Source: Octopus sinensis | Taxonomy: Eukaryota | Assembly: GCF_006345805.1 (NCBI RefSeq) | Contig: NC_042998.1 | Location: 202,926,001 to 202,990,000 of the forward strand | DNA length: 64,000 nucleotides | Direction: 5' to 3' | Part shown: positions 1 to 11,681 of the stretch, piece after piece | How the letters are laid out: each line of letters begins with the position of its first letter | Position numbering within the stretch: position 1 is the stretch's first letter | Translations under genes and position numbers: made by a program | Notes under the pieces: generated by a model | Database searches by the model: none | What the model was told of the DNA's origin: nothing | What the model saw: only the letters and a program-made list of their open reading frames with translations

Positions 1-808
1 CAGGGAAAAAGAGACAGCTGCAGAAAGGGAAGCATAGCAAGAAACGAACAGATTATGCACTACAAAAGCCAGAGCATCTCAAAGGGAAGAACAGAGGTAT
101 GCACGGCTGATAAGGAATAGGATCTCCACTGCAGAATGAAAAGCAGTTGCAAAAAGCTCAGAGAATCAATTATGATCCAGCAGCCCATTATGCAGATGAC
201 ACTGGAGTTTCCATTGGTGGAATGACAACTGAGTGCATACATTGTAAAGCAAGAATGTGGCCTGGAGAGACACCTGCACTGTGCTACAGTGGTGGAGTGG
301 TTAAACTCCCTGCAGTTCCTCAACCTCCAGATTCATTGAAGAAATTGTTGTTATCAACTGACCAAGATTCCAAGCACTTCCAAAACAAAATTAAACAATA
401 CAACGCTACGCTACAGATGACATCATTTGGAGCCGCAAGAGATTTAACTGAGCCAAGATTCGTGCAAACTTTCAAGATCCAACGTCAGATTTATCATCAG
501 ATTGGCTCTCTACTACCTCTGTCAAATGAATCACCAAAATCGGCCTTTCATTGTGTATAATCTGTACCTGTTTTTGTTTTTGTTTTATTTTGTTTTTGTC
601 TTTTTTTGTTATGAAATAAGCTAGACAAAACGTGTTTTTGAATCACGTGTATTTATTTTATATGCATATATGGGTTGAAAACTTGGAAACTTATTAATGT
701 AGAAAATTGGTATCTCCGCCATTAGTAGTTGAGACCTGCGTAATCTACACGGCATTTTTAAATTTCATTATTCTCTTTAATCCGGGCAACACCGGATATT
801 TCTGCTAG
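1..808 (+). mobile_element. Helitron, internally deleted; 5' part lies outside the window
   Basis: ORF 147-560 has Helitron RepHel N-terminal motifs (CIHCKARMWPGE, SKHFQNKIKQYNATLQMTSFGA, FKIQRQIYHQIGSLLP). Subterminal hairpin ATCCGG-GCAACA-CCGGAT (780-797) precedes CTAG at 805-808. Confidence 0.8.
147..560 (+). pseudogene. Helitron Rep/helicase N-terminal fragment
   Basis: Helitron N-terminal motifs, truncated before the Rep and helicase domains. Confidence 0.75.
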
Positions 809-1414
809 CATAAATATAAATCTATATTTAAAATATCAAAGTATGGGTTTAATTATAGAAAACCGTTTGGGCCCTTTATAGTAAATAAAAGCAGCAGCAT
901 GGGTTAAGGTTTAATGTGTAACTATAGTAGTCAGAAAGGAAAGTAAACATTTAATATCTATTTATTTATATTTGGAAAATACATATTTTCCCATGTGTTG
1001 ACAAGAATATGTCTCTGAATCCCTGAGGTTAAGAAGAGGAAATTTTGCCGAGAGGATAAAAATGTTTCATTTAAGTAAAGAAAGCATTTTATATTATTAG
1101 CTTTATAGGAAGGTGCAGAAGCTATTATATCCTAATTTGTATAATTATTTGCATGCAATTTCTTCACAAATACTTACATGTATTTATTGTGTATAAGCGG
1201 GTAAATATATGTAGATGTATGCGCAAGATGTGATTATTGCTGCGTCCATTTATTCTTTACTATTTATTTTATTTTTGTATATATTTTTATATATTTATAT
1301 ACGCATAAATATTTTGAACGTATTTATATTCATATATGGAATCAAATATATATATATTTACCTATAACTCTACTCATTTTATTTTTTATTTTTACTTACA
1401 TATTTATACACCCT

Positions 1415-1780
1415 TATTACTTAAATTTTTATATATTTTCCCTAATAATAATATGATACTTAAATTTAAAGTTAATTACTATATATTATTTCTATACTTT
1501 TTAATGATTACCCAGAATATATTACTCAAATTTTTATAAATATATTTACCCTAATATGATACTTATATATAAGGTCAATTACTATATATTGTTTATTTCT
1601 ATACTTTTAATGAGTACCCAGAATATATTACTTAAATTTTTATAAGTATATTTACCCTTATTTGATACTCGAATATACGGCTTATTACAATAAATTACAT
1701 TTCTTTATACCTTTAATGTTTCCCCAAAGCATATTATATTATTTTTTCATATTTACTTCTCTGAATATACTACTTTTCCC
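1415..1780. repeat. AT-rich tandem repeat, ~105-bp unit, ~3 diverged copies
   Basis: Recurrent 'tacccagaatatattact.aaatttttataa.tatatttaccct' and 'aattactatatatt' blocks. Confidence 0.7.
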
Positions 1781-2132
1781 CTCTTTATAAGGTTTATACA
1801 AAATCTTTCTATAAATAATTGAAATAACCGAAATGCTCCATAAATTTAATACATAAAAATATAAAAGATGTAATGGTATATCTTTTTCCTACGTCCAACG
1901 AGATTCAACTGTATAATGAATTAATTATTTTAATTAATTTTTGAAGTCTGAATTGAAACAACTGTCAGAGATTATGTCTATTTTTGAAATTAGTAAATAT
2001 GATTACTAATTGATTTATCTTTATTTTCATATTTTTCTTAAATAAATATAAACCTCGGATTATTTAATTACCTATTTTTGAGTATTAAAACTAATATTCA
2101 AAATATATACTACGTAAGAAACAAATAAATTC

Positions 2133-2241
2133 GTCGGAGTGGTAAGTAGCTTGCTTACCAACCACATGGTTCCGGGTTCATTCCCACTGCGTGGTACATT
2201 GGGCAAGTGTCTTCTACTATAGCCTCGGGCCAACCAAAGAC
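2133..2241 (+). mobile_element. tRNA-derived SINE family B, 5' fragment
   Basis: gtggtaagtagcttgcttaccaaccacatggttccgggttc...gggcaagtgtcttctactatagcctcgggcc matches the copies at 39702, 49523 and 57945. Confidence 0.8.
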
Positions 2242-2362
2242 CTCTTCAGTTATTCGGCCATCGGAAAAATGCTATGAAAAATGACCCCGGAGTTTTATCA
2301 TAGCTACCGAATAATTGTCACATATTAAATTTACAGATATATGTATATATATATATATATAT

Positions 2363-2563
2363 GACGGGAAGCTTTATGAAAATAGACAAAAGACGAAGGC
2401 AGGTGGAATACAAACAAACAATTGTATTAGTATGGCGCTCAGGAAATATAAATAAAACAAGTCTTTAACGGTTCGAGCCTATGCTCTTCAACAGAAAGAT
2501 ACACAGAGAAAAAACACAGAAAGAAGGAGAGAAAAAAATATGCGTGCAGAAGCTAGCGAATCA
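2363..2563 (-). mobile_element. Short HHR-bearing element (PLE pLTR-like), family H1, diverged copy
   Basis: Homologous to 16271, 17878 and 35564. HHR-like fold at 2462-2499 (core CTGTTGA, GAAA mutated). Flanked by (TA)n. Confidence 0.7.
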
Positions 2564-2570
2564 ATATATA

Positions 2571-3017
2571 CATTTATTTACTAATTTGTGTATTTTTCCC
2601 TCACGGGCTACTTTTTACTGGAAGGCAATACTTTGTATTGCATTACTGATATTTTGAAACTTCTTCACCGTTTCTCGTACTGTTAGCGTTCCGTATTTCA
2701 GTCGAGTGTGTTAGTATTTATGTGGTAACATCGTAGTTTCGTCTTGGTATATGTTTGGCTGAAGAAGGTAAAGCAAATATGGGTGAGAGACATATCTTGC
2801 AAAACCTGAAACCTGCAGGTACCACATTATCCATTTTCCGGGTGTTTCATCTTTCAGATGTTCTCCCTGGAGGTAAGACGGTTTTTTTTCTCTATTTTGT
2901 TGCACACACGCATTTTTACTAATACATACGCGGTGAAGCTACACTTTAGCGTCGTATTTTTACGTTCGCTATTTCCAGTAAATATCGGTACTTTGTTGTG
3001 CCATTTATTTACTAATT

Positions 3018-3020
<3 letters not shown>
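2571..3020 (+). mobile_element. ~431-bp terminally redundant HHR-bearing element (retrozyme or solo-pLTR-like)
   Basis: 19-bp direct repeat CATTTATTTACTAATTTGT at 2571-2589 and 3002-3020, TA repeats on both sides, internal intact type I HHR. Confidence 0.65.
2751..2827 (+). ncRNA. Type I hammerhead ribozyme, intact core
   Basis: Stem I (ATG)..TGG/CCA(CAT); CTGAAGA at 2759-2765; stem II AGGT..GCAA.ATATG/CATAT.TTGC..ACCT; GAA; palindromic stem III ACCTGCAGGT; GUA cleavage triplet ending at 2821. Confidence 0.8.
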
Positions 3021-3091
<71 letters not shown>

Positions 3092-3092
<1 letters not shown>

Positions 3093-3305
3093 TGGTAAAA
3101 ACGGTAAGGTAACAAAAGAAAGAAAGAGACCTCATATTATGTAAATAGAGGAAATTTATCTATAAAATAATATGTTACATTTACTCAATAGTCAAGATAA
3201 AACTCTGAGTTTCAGATGCCGAAGTGGAAATCCACAACACCATCTCTTCGGTTATCTGGCCATCTGAAAAACGCTATGAAAAAATACCGTTATATAAAGG
3301 GAAAT
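3092..3305 (-). mobile_element. Short HHR-bearing element family H2 (partial second copy at ~2241-2335)
   Basis: Lies between TA tracts. Shares 'ctcttc(a/g)gttat..ggccatc.gaaaaa.gctatgaaaaa' with 2242-2282 and contains an HHR fold. Confidence 0.55.
3195..3257 (-). ncRNA. Type I hammerhead ribozyme fold, U4>C mutated
   Basis: Minus strand reads AGATAA-CCGAAGA-GATG...CATC-T-GAA-ACTC-A-GAGT-T-TTATCT: 6-bp stem I and near-palindromic stem III. The sister copy near 2243-2249 keeps CTGAAGA. Confidence 0.65.
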
Positions 3306-3780
3306 TATATATATATGGAGATATGCTGCCTTTGCAATATCCTCTTATACACCTACCCTTTGATCTTCTGATGCCTCTCTCCCTTTGTGTTAGCTCAACT
3401 CTCAAAGAAAGATCACTTTTGTCCGTCACTCTACCCATGCATACAAGCAAAAAACAAGATCATGAAACAAACACACCACACATTCTCAGTATCAAACTGT
3501 TTCAAAGTGGCAGCCGTGATTGATAGATTTCGTCACCTAGAGTCTTGAAGTACTAAAGTTTAATTGTATGTCAAGTTTTATATCTCTTTCTATTCATTTT
3601 GGAGCTGTAAAGATGGGATTGAATATAGAAATGTTCGTTGTTTCGTTAATGGCCAATATCAATAATATGAATTGAATACGTGTATTCAGCGGTACAAGTT
3701 AATGAAACATTTCTTAAATTCAACGAATCTCCTAACTACTGATATTGATGAGTTACTCCACTGTTATATAGTACCTTCAT

Positions 3781-4537
3781 ACGCATGGCTCAGTGGTTAG
3801 AGCGTCGGGCTCACAATCATGAGATAGTGAGTTCGATTCCCGGACTTGTCTCGGATCTTTTCGGTTTGAACGGCAGTTTTTTCTAGCGGTGTCATATGAA
3901 ATTGTCACCCATAATTATGACCCTAGTATCGATCTATTGTATTTCAATCTGTTTTAGGGTTAGGGGTGGTGGGAAGGGTATCATTTTTTCTTCACAAATG
4001 TAAATAAACCCAATCTGTTTCTTAAACGAGGGACATATTCATACGGCACAGAATGTTTTCACCTCAATAGACGTCACTGATTGGTTGAAATTGCAGAAAG
4101 TGAAGAACAAAAAACAACAAATATCTTACAAACTATAGAATTTTCTCTATAAATCTAAGAGAAAAAGATGTTTTATAAACACATCCTACCAGTATACGAA
4201 GTTTAAAAGTGTTTAGTTACGTGGAAATTATTTTAAAAAACTGCCGTTCAAACTGAAAAGATCCCTTGTCTCTGTGTTGTATTCTTGAGCAAGACATTTT
4301 ATTTCACGTTGCTCCAGTTCACTCAGCTGTAGAAATAAGTTGCGACGTCACTGACGCCAAGCTGTTTCGGCCTTTGCCTTTCCCTTGGATAACATCGGTG
4401 GCGTGAAGAGAGGAGGCTGGTACGCAATGGTTACTGCTTGCCTTTCACAATCAACCTTGTCTAGACTTGTGTCTTGGAGGGGAACTTTTCTGTGTGCATC
4501 CCAAGGTCATTCTTGACCGAAGGAGATCTTTACCCCT
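3781..4537 (+). mobile_element. tRNA-derived SINE family D, interrupted by a MITE
   Basis: A box TGGCTCAGTGG, B box GTTCGATTCC; continues after the MITE with 'cttgagcaagaca...' (V-core-like). Confidence 0.7.
3853..4264. mobile_element. MITE with GGATC TIRs and 8-bp TSD (Merlin-like)
   Basis: ~30-bp TIR GGATCTTTTCGGTTTGAACGGCAGTTTTT; TSD CTTGTCTC at 3845-3852 and 4265-4272. Confidence 0.85.
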
Positions 4538-4694
4538 TTACATACAGCTAGATTATTTGAGTTTTCGGGAGTTGATTCCAGTTATCGTGACTACAGTTCT
4601 GCACAACACTAGTTCCCCAAATACAGACAGCTAAACATTTGGTTTACTGTAATACAACCCTATCGACACACGTCCGCCGATCGCAGTAAAGTTA

Positions 4695-4763
4695 CCACTA
4701 CTACTACAACTACCACCACCACCACCGTCTACGCAACCGCCACCGTCACAATCACCACCATAG

Positions 4764-4818
<55 letters not shown>

Positions 4819-6210
4819 AACTACTACCACCACCGTCTACGCCACCACCGCCATCACAACCACCACCAAAGCTACTACCACTACAACTGCCACCATTACC
4901 ACCGTCTACGCCACCGTCACAACCACCACCAAAGCTACTACTACTGAGACCCATATTGGAGTACGGGATTCAAGCCTCTTCTTATCTCCTCAAAGACATA
5001 CAGCATCTCGAAAGAGTCCAGAAGTTGGCTACCCGCATGGTTCTTGGTCTCAAGAAGTTGTCTTATGAAGAAAGGCTGAAGACGCTCGACCTTTATTCTC
5101 TAGAAAAACGACGACGCCGTGATGATCTCATTCTTGCTCACAACATCATAAGCGGAAAGTGTCACCTCTCGAAAGAGCTGTTCTTCACTCCTGCTCCAGA
5201 GCCTCGGCTGCGGGGTCATTCCGAAAAGCTCTATCTGCGACAATTTCATCTCAATCGAAGGAGAGGGGCTTTCTCCGTCCGGGTTGCGGATCCGTGGAAT
5301 AAGCTGCCGGACGAGATGGTGAAGATGCCGACGACCGCTCGGTTCAAAGTCTCCCTTGACCACAAGTGGCCTGAACTCTTTACATGAACGCCACCCTGTA
5401 TATAACTCCATGTCCCCCTACATGGCCTGGCTTTTTGCTTTTTGAGCCAGAAAATTAACTAACTACCACCACTGTCTACGCCACCGCCACCGTCACAACC
5501 ACCACCAAAGCTACTACTACAACTACCACCACCACCACTGTCTACGCCGCCGTCACAACCACCACCAAAGCTACTACTACTACTACCACCATCTACGCCA
5601 CCGCCGCCGTCACAACCACCACCAAAGCTACTACTACTACTACAACTACAACTACCACCACCACTGTCTATGCCACCACCGCCGTCACAACCACCACAAA
5701 GCTACTACTACTACTACCACCATCTACGCCACCGCCGCCGTCACAACCACCACCAAAGCTACTACTACTACTACAACTACAACTACCACCACCACTGTCT
5801 ATGCCACCACCGCCGTCACAACCACCACCAAAGCTACTACTACTACCACTATTACTACTACTACTACTACTACTACTACCACTATTACTACTACTACTAC
5901 CACTATTACTACTACTACAACTACCACCACCACCACCGTCTACGCCACCGCTACCGTCACAACAACCACGAAAGCTACTACTACTACCACTACTACTACA
6001 ACTACCACCACTACCACCGTCTACGCTGCTGTCACAACCACCACCAAAGCTACTACTACCACTACTACTACACCTACCACCGCCACCACCGCTACCGTCA
6101 CAACCACCACCAAAGTTACTACTACTACAACTACCACCACCACCACCGTCTACGCCGCCGTCACAATCACCACCAAAGCTACTACTACTACTACTGTGAC
6201 CACCACCATC
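4695..6210. repeat. Compound (CCA/CTA)-based minisatellite, interrupted by a LINE
   Basis: Unit 'ccaccaccgtctacgccaccgccgtcacaaccaccaccaaag(cta)n' repeated many times. Confidence 0.9.
4946..5463 (+). mobile_element. 5'-truncated CR1-clade LINE (ORF2 C-terminus plus 3'UTR)
   Basis: LERVQKLATRMV..LDLYSLEKRRRR.DLI..RGHSEKL..FSVRVADPWNKLP; TAAC tail; same family as 53384-55150. Confidence 0.9.
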
Positions 6211-6689
6211 ACACCCACCGACATTCTCACCTATGTAAATAGAAAAAAAAAATATCCTTAAACGTGGCAGTTTTAAATGAACAACGACACGAATCTTCCG
6301 ACTGAGATAGACAGACATCAAATAAACTGACTGCAGCATTTGAGTTTATAAACAGCTCCTATCAATACAAAGCCATCGCCACCAGAGACACCGGTACCAC
6401 CACCACCACCACCACCACTAGTATCACTTCCAACAAGAACAACAAATGATGACTGCAACAACAACAACAACAACAACAATATTGTATCACCGATATCTAC
6501 AGCAACGACTTTCCTTTCTAGCTTATTATCAACCTTTAACAGAAATTGAACGTATTTGACAATTTCGTCAAAAACAGGAAATTGGAACTGTTTTCTTAAA
6601 AGACTCGCCTATAATGCCAAAAGCCACAACAACAAACAAACAATGTTGCTACTACTATTACTGCTAGTACCACTACTTGCAATACTGCT

Positions 6690-7960
6690 GGTTTCTAATT
6701 TAGGCACTAGGCCAGTAAGTTTTGTGGGAGTGAGGTTTAGTCGATAGCATCGACCCTGATACATTTAACTGTTGGTTTTATTTGTTTTTATTTTATCGAC
6801 CATGGAGAGACAGGCAAAGTTGGCCTTGGTGGTTTTCGAACTCAGAACGTTAAGAGCAGCGAGAAAAACCGCGAAGCAATTAGTTCGACGCCCTAGGAAC
6901 TCCGCTAGCTCATCTTCTTATCAATCCTTTCTAATTTTGGTACAATTGCAGCAATTTTAAAAGGAAGACGAGGAAGGTTATATCGCCTCTTGTGCTCAGC
7001 TGATGCTTATTTTATCGATACCGAAAGAATGAAAGACAAAGTTGACCTGAGCGGAATTCGAACTCAGAATGTAGAGTTAGAAGAAATGCCGTTAAGAATT
7101 TTGTCCGGTGCAGTAACAAACTACCAGCCTTTATAGTTCTTTCTAACATAGGCGGCACAAAAGCTGGAAATTTGGGATGAGAGGCTAGTTGCTCTCCCAG
7201 TGCTCAATTGGTACTTGCTTTATCGACCTCGAAAGGATAAAAGGTAAAATCAACCTTTGTGGAATTTGAACTCAAAATGTAAAGCCGTACGAAATACCTA
7301 TTTCTTTACTACCCACAATGGGCTAAACATAGAGGGGACAAACAAGGACAGACAAACAGATTAAGTCGATTACATCGACCCCAGTGCTTAACTGGTACTT
7401 ATTTAATCGACCCCCGAAAGGATAAAAGGCAAAGTCGACCTCAGCGGAATTTGAACTCAGAACGTAGCGGCAGACGAAATACCACTAAGCATTTCGCCCG
7501 GCGTGCAAACGTTTCTGCCAGCTCGCCGCCTTACGAAATACCGCTAAGCATTTTGTTCGACGCTCTGAAAGCTATGCTAGCTCGCCGTCTTAATAATAAC
7601 GGTATTGATTTCTAATATAGGCACAAGGCCAGCAGTTTTAGGGGAGAAGATTTTAGTCGCTAGCAGTCTAGTACTTTATTTTATCAACCCCAAAGGAACG
7701 AAAGGCAAACTGTAACTCGACAGGATTTGAACTCAGAACATAAAGAACCGTAACAAATACTGCAAAGAATTTTATCCGCCTCTCTATTCGGTCAAGCCAA
7801 TGTTCTCGCTACTAATAAAAATAGCTTCTGATTTAGGAGCAAGACCAGCAATTCTGATGGGGATGAGTTGGCCGATGCCATCGACCTCAGTACTTGAGGG
7901 GTTTTCTTTATTTTATCGACTCTGATATGGTGAAAGACGAAGCTGAAGGGATTTGAACTG
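6690..7960 (-). mobile_element. Cluster of tandem and nested SINE family A copies (young copy 7299-7531)
   Basis: Repeated 'tttatcgaccccgaaaggatgaaaggcaaagtcgacctcggcggaatttgaactcagaac' core. The young copy has TSD TACGAAATACC. Confidence 0.85.
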
Positions 7961-8050
7961 AAAATGATAAGAGGGTCGGCAGTTATGGTTAGGATGGTAG
8001 GGGTTCTGGTTATGGTGGCTATGGTGGTGCTGGCGGTATTTGAATTCAAA

Positions 8051-8279
8051 GGCGGCGAGCTAGCAGAAACGTTAGCACGCCGGGCGAAATGCTTAGCGCT
8101 ATTTCGTCTGTCGTTACGTTGAGTTCAAATTCCGCCGAGGTCGACTTTGCCTTTCATCCTTTCGGGGTCGATAAATTAAGTACCAGTTACGCACTGGGGT
8201 CGATGTAATCGACTTAATACCTACGTCTGTCCTTGTTTGTCCCACTATGTTTAGCCCCTTGTGGGTGGTAAAGAAATAG
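8051..8279 (+). mobile_element. SINE family A, full length
   Basis: ggcggcgagct.gcagaaacgttagc...GTTCAAATTCC B box...aaagaaatag; TSD GTATTTGAA(T/C)TCAAA. Confidence 0.9.
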
Positions 8280-8625
8280 GTATTTGAACTCAAATCAACT
8301 GACATGTAAATCTACCACTGAGAGACTTACAACCCATCCTATTTGGTTCCACTCGGTTTCCGTCGTCTCATTTGCACTTACAATGATAGGGTTTACCCAC
8401 ACATATGATAAAAAGAAATTGACCAAAGGTACGGCGATGCGGTATCGAATGTGAACCTCACCATTGCGAAGCTAAGCACAGAGCTATATTTGCATCTAAT
8501 ATTTTGCGACTGATGAGTCAATAGAAACAGCTATTGGAATAACTAAATAGACTGTAGTTGCTAATTTTACCAATTTATCAGTTTCTTATAGTCAACTCCT
8601 ATTAGTGGGGCTTTGCGTGTGTGTA

Positions 8626-8704
<79 letters not shown>

Positions 8705-9524
8705 TCAATGAAATTGACTGCCCACTTTCCTAAATTGGACATTTGTTGAAGTGAGAAACTGTTCTTTCTTTCAACGTTATCATTGGCGGTGGCGTCGTTA
8801 TCACCATCACCATCATCATCACTATCATCATCATCATCACCATCATCATCATCAACAACAACAGCAACATCCTACTCAGAGAGCACAAATATCAAAACAT
8901 TTATATAAGAACGTAATTATCGCAAGCGCGAAAAAAAAAAAAGAGATTTTCCATAATTAATTATAATTAAATTAATATAAATTTCGGTTTGCAATTTTCT
9001 TTGCGGTTTTTCTACTTAATCATTCAATTCTGTTGCTAAACCAATTTATGCAATTTTCTCTCTTTCATTCCCTACCCACTCCAATTTCTTCCAACTCTGT
9101 AATTTCTGCAACAAGCCTCATTAAAGGTTAAACGCCGGCTAACAGGAATCTTACGTTGATAATAAAAAGGTAGTAGTCGTTATCTCAAACATAACAGCCA
9201 GCCAACCACAGTAGCGATTAGACGAAAAATATATATTACTGGTCCATTAATGGTTTTGGCTTGAGCAAGCAAATATGGGAAGCAACTTCGAAAATGCGGT
9301 CAGATCTGAAGAGGAACGGTCTCAACCAAGTCTGAAACCATGCTCAAAGCACGCTGTATATTACGATGGTAGTCGTACGACACGATCAAGGACTCAAGAT
9401 CCTATGGTATAACATTGCATACACACAAGTCACCGTATCCGAGACACCAACTTTCTTTGAACAGCCTGGCGCGCCTGACTCGCCTGGCTGTACATTGGTA
9501 CCACATAGTGATTATGTCTGTAAT

Positions 9525-10150
9525 CTTTTCTACTAAAGGCACAAGGCCTGAAACTTATATTTGGGAAAGGGGTGATGGACCAGTTGATTTCATCGACCCC
9601 AGTATTTGACTGGTACTTAATTTATTCACCCTGAAAGGATGAAAGGTAAAGTTGACCTCGGCGATATTTGAACTCAGAGCAAGAAGACAGACGAAATACC
9701 GCTAAGCAGTTCGCCCGACGCGCTAACGATCCTTATTTCTTTATTACCCACAAGGGGCTAAACATAGGGGGGACAAACAAGGACAGACAAATGGATTAAG
9801 TCGATTACATCGACCCCAGTGCGTAACTGGTACCTAATTTATCGACCCCGAAAGGATGAAAGATAAAGTCGACCTCGACGGAATTTGAACTCAGAGCGTA
9901 ACGGCAGACGAAATACCTATTTCTTTACTACCCACAAGGGGCTAAAACACAGACGGGACAAACAAGGACAGACAAACAGATTAAGTCGATTACATCGACC
10001 CCAGTGCGTAACTGGTACTTATTTAATCGACCCCGAAAGGATGAATGGCAAAGTCGACCTCGGCAGAATTTGAACTCAGAACGTAACGGCAGACGAAATA
10101 CCGCTAAGCATTTTGCCCGGCGTGCAAACGATTCTGCCACCTCACCGCCT
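9525..10150 (-). mobile_element. Three tandem/nested SINE family A copies
   Basis: The family core occurs three times; junction at GAAATACC|TATTTC near 9918. Confidence 0.85.
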
Positions 10151-11241
10151 TGATTACGTCTATAATGTCTTGTTGCTGCTATTTACAAACATTTCGTTGC
10201 GGGCTTTGATTCACTTTTCCTTCAATATTTGTACTATGACTTAATCACTTAAATAATCAATTCTAGACGTAGGATTATCCCTATCACTACAAAAAAGACC
10301 CTATACTCCTATAAACCATATATATATATACCATATATATGATCCTGCAGAATTATGAACACAAAAAATATACAGCTATTAACAGCTAAAAAAATGTAAA
10401 CCAGGATATTGCTGTTTAGTCAAACCGGCTGCTGCTCCTGTTGCTGCCGTTGCTGCTGCTGATGATGATGTTGCCGCTGCTGATACTGATGCTGAAAATC
10501 ATCCCAGATCCAGTGGACTTTTGATCAAAGTCATTCCAGTCATGTTCGTACCATTTCTATAGTATTTTCTATAATTACATTATCCAACGTCTCCATTGTT
10601 TAGGATGATGTGGTTTTATGTCATGAAAATTTGGCTTCCATTTCTAGCAGATCAATCAATAACGTAGAGCTCCCACCGCGCTAATAGGACTAAATAGGAA
10701 GTAGAGTGGTGTTCCATGAATATCTAAACATTCACAAACTGCCAGATAAAATGGTTGAGTGGATTCGATAATTGACTGCTAACTTAGTGGAAAGTCATGA
10801 ATTCGTGTCAACTTTGAACATTTCCCTCTGTGTTTAGATAGATTACACTTATTTGTAGATGTTTCCCATTGATATAACTATCAAATCACCTGATAATATT
10901 ATATACTGCTGACGTGAATCCGTAGGTCAGCCTGATCCAGAAGATCCTTAGCTTCTTTTGTGATAACAAATTTTGACTGTTATTTGTAACAGGTCGAGCA
11001 GCCACCTGCAACAGCAGTTCTAAGTTGGAGTCCGCAGAAATCTATGGTTTTGCAAAGTAAATACAAGAAATCCGTTTGTTGAATAGATACACCTTTCAAA
11101 AGCCTGAATTCCGTAGAAAACTTAATTTAAGTAATAGGGTCCTTAGTAGAGAAAACCTTGAGAGTCACAAACGTGAGGTACCCTCGTTCCCCCGGGCAAT
11201 ATCACATCGATAACACTGATATTCTATCTAGGAGAAGACTT

Positions 11242-11681
11242 GGATCCTTTCGGTTTGAACGGCAGTTTTTAACATAATTTCTAGGTAACTAAAAAAATTT
11301 AAACTTCGAATACTGGTAGAATGTGTTTATAAAACATCTTTTTCTCTTGGCTTTATTGAGAAAATTCTATAGTTTGTAAGATTTTTGTTGTTGTTTTCTT
11401 CAATTTCTGCAATTTCAACCAATCAGTGACGTCTATTGAGGTAAATAACATTCTGTGCCGTATGAATATGTCCCTCGTTTAAAAAACAGATTGGGTTTAT
11501 TTACATTTGTGAAGAAATAAAGATACGCTTCCTCCCACCCCCACCCCTAACCCCAACCCTAACTAACTCTAACCCTAAAACAGATTGAAATGCAATAGAT
11601 CGATACTAGGGTCATAATTATGGGTGACAATTTCATATGACACCGCTAGAAAAAAAACTGCCGTTCAAACCGAAAAGATCC
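11242..11681. mobile_element. Merlin-like MITE, inverted relative to the 3853 copy
   Basis: Same TIRs; TSD GAAGACTT at 11234-11241 and 11682-11689; internal CCCTAA-like run. Confidence 0.85.

Noticed and set aside
3781-3850. tRNA genes (also ~23100-23170, ~36230-36289, 47027-47100)
   Set aside because: A/B boxes are present but acceptor stems are broken and the sequence continues into repeat bodies; these are SINE heads or tRNA-like modules.
5668-6339. Long Gly/Ser-, Tyr/His- and Pro/Leu-rich ORFs
   Set aside because: Open in several frames on both strands because of the triplet minisatellite; no gene context.
9300-9350. CTGAAGA...GAAAC hammerhead-like motif
   Set aside because: Stem I cannot form and stem II is weak.
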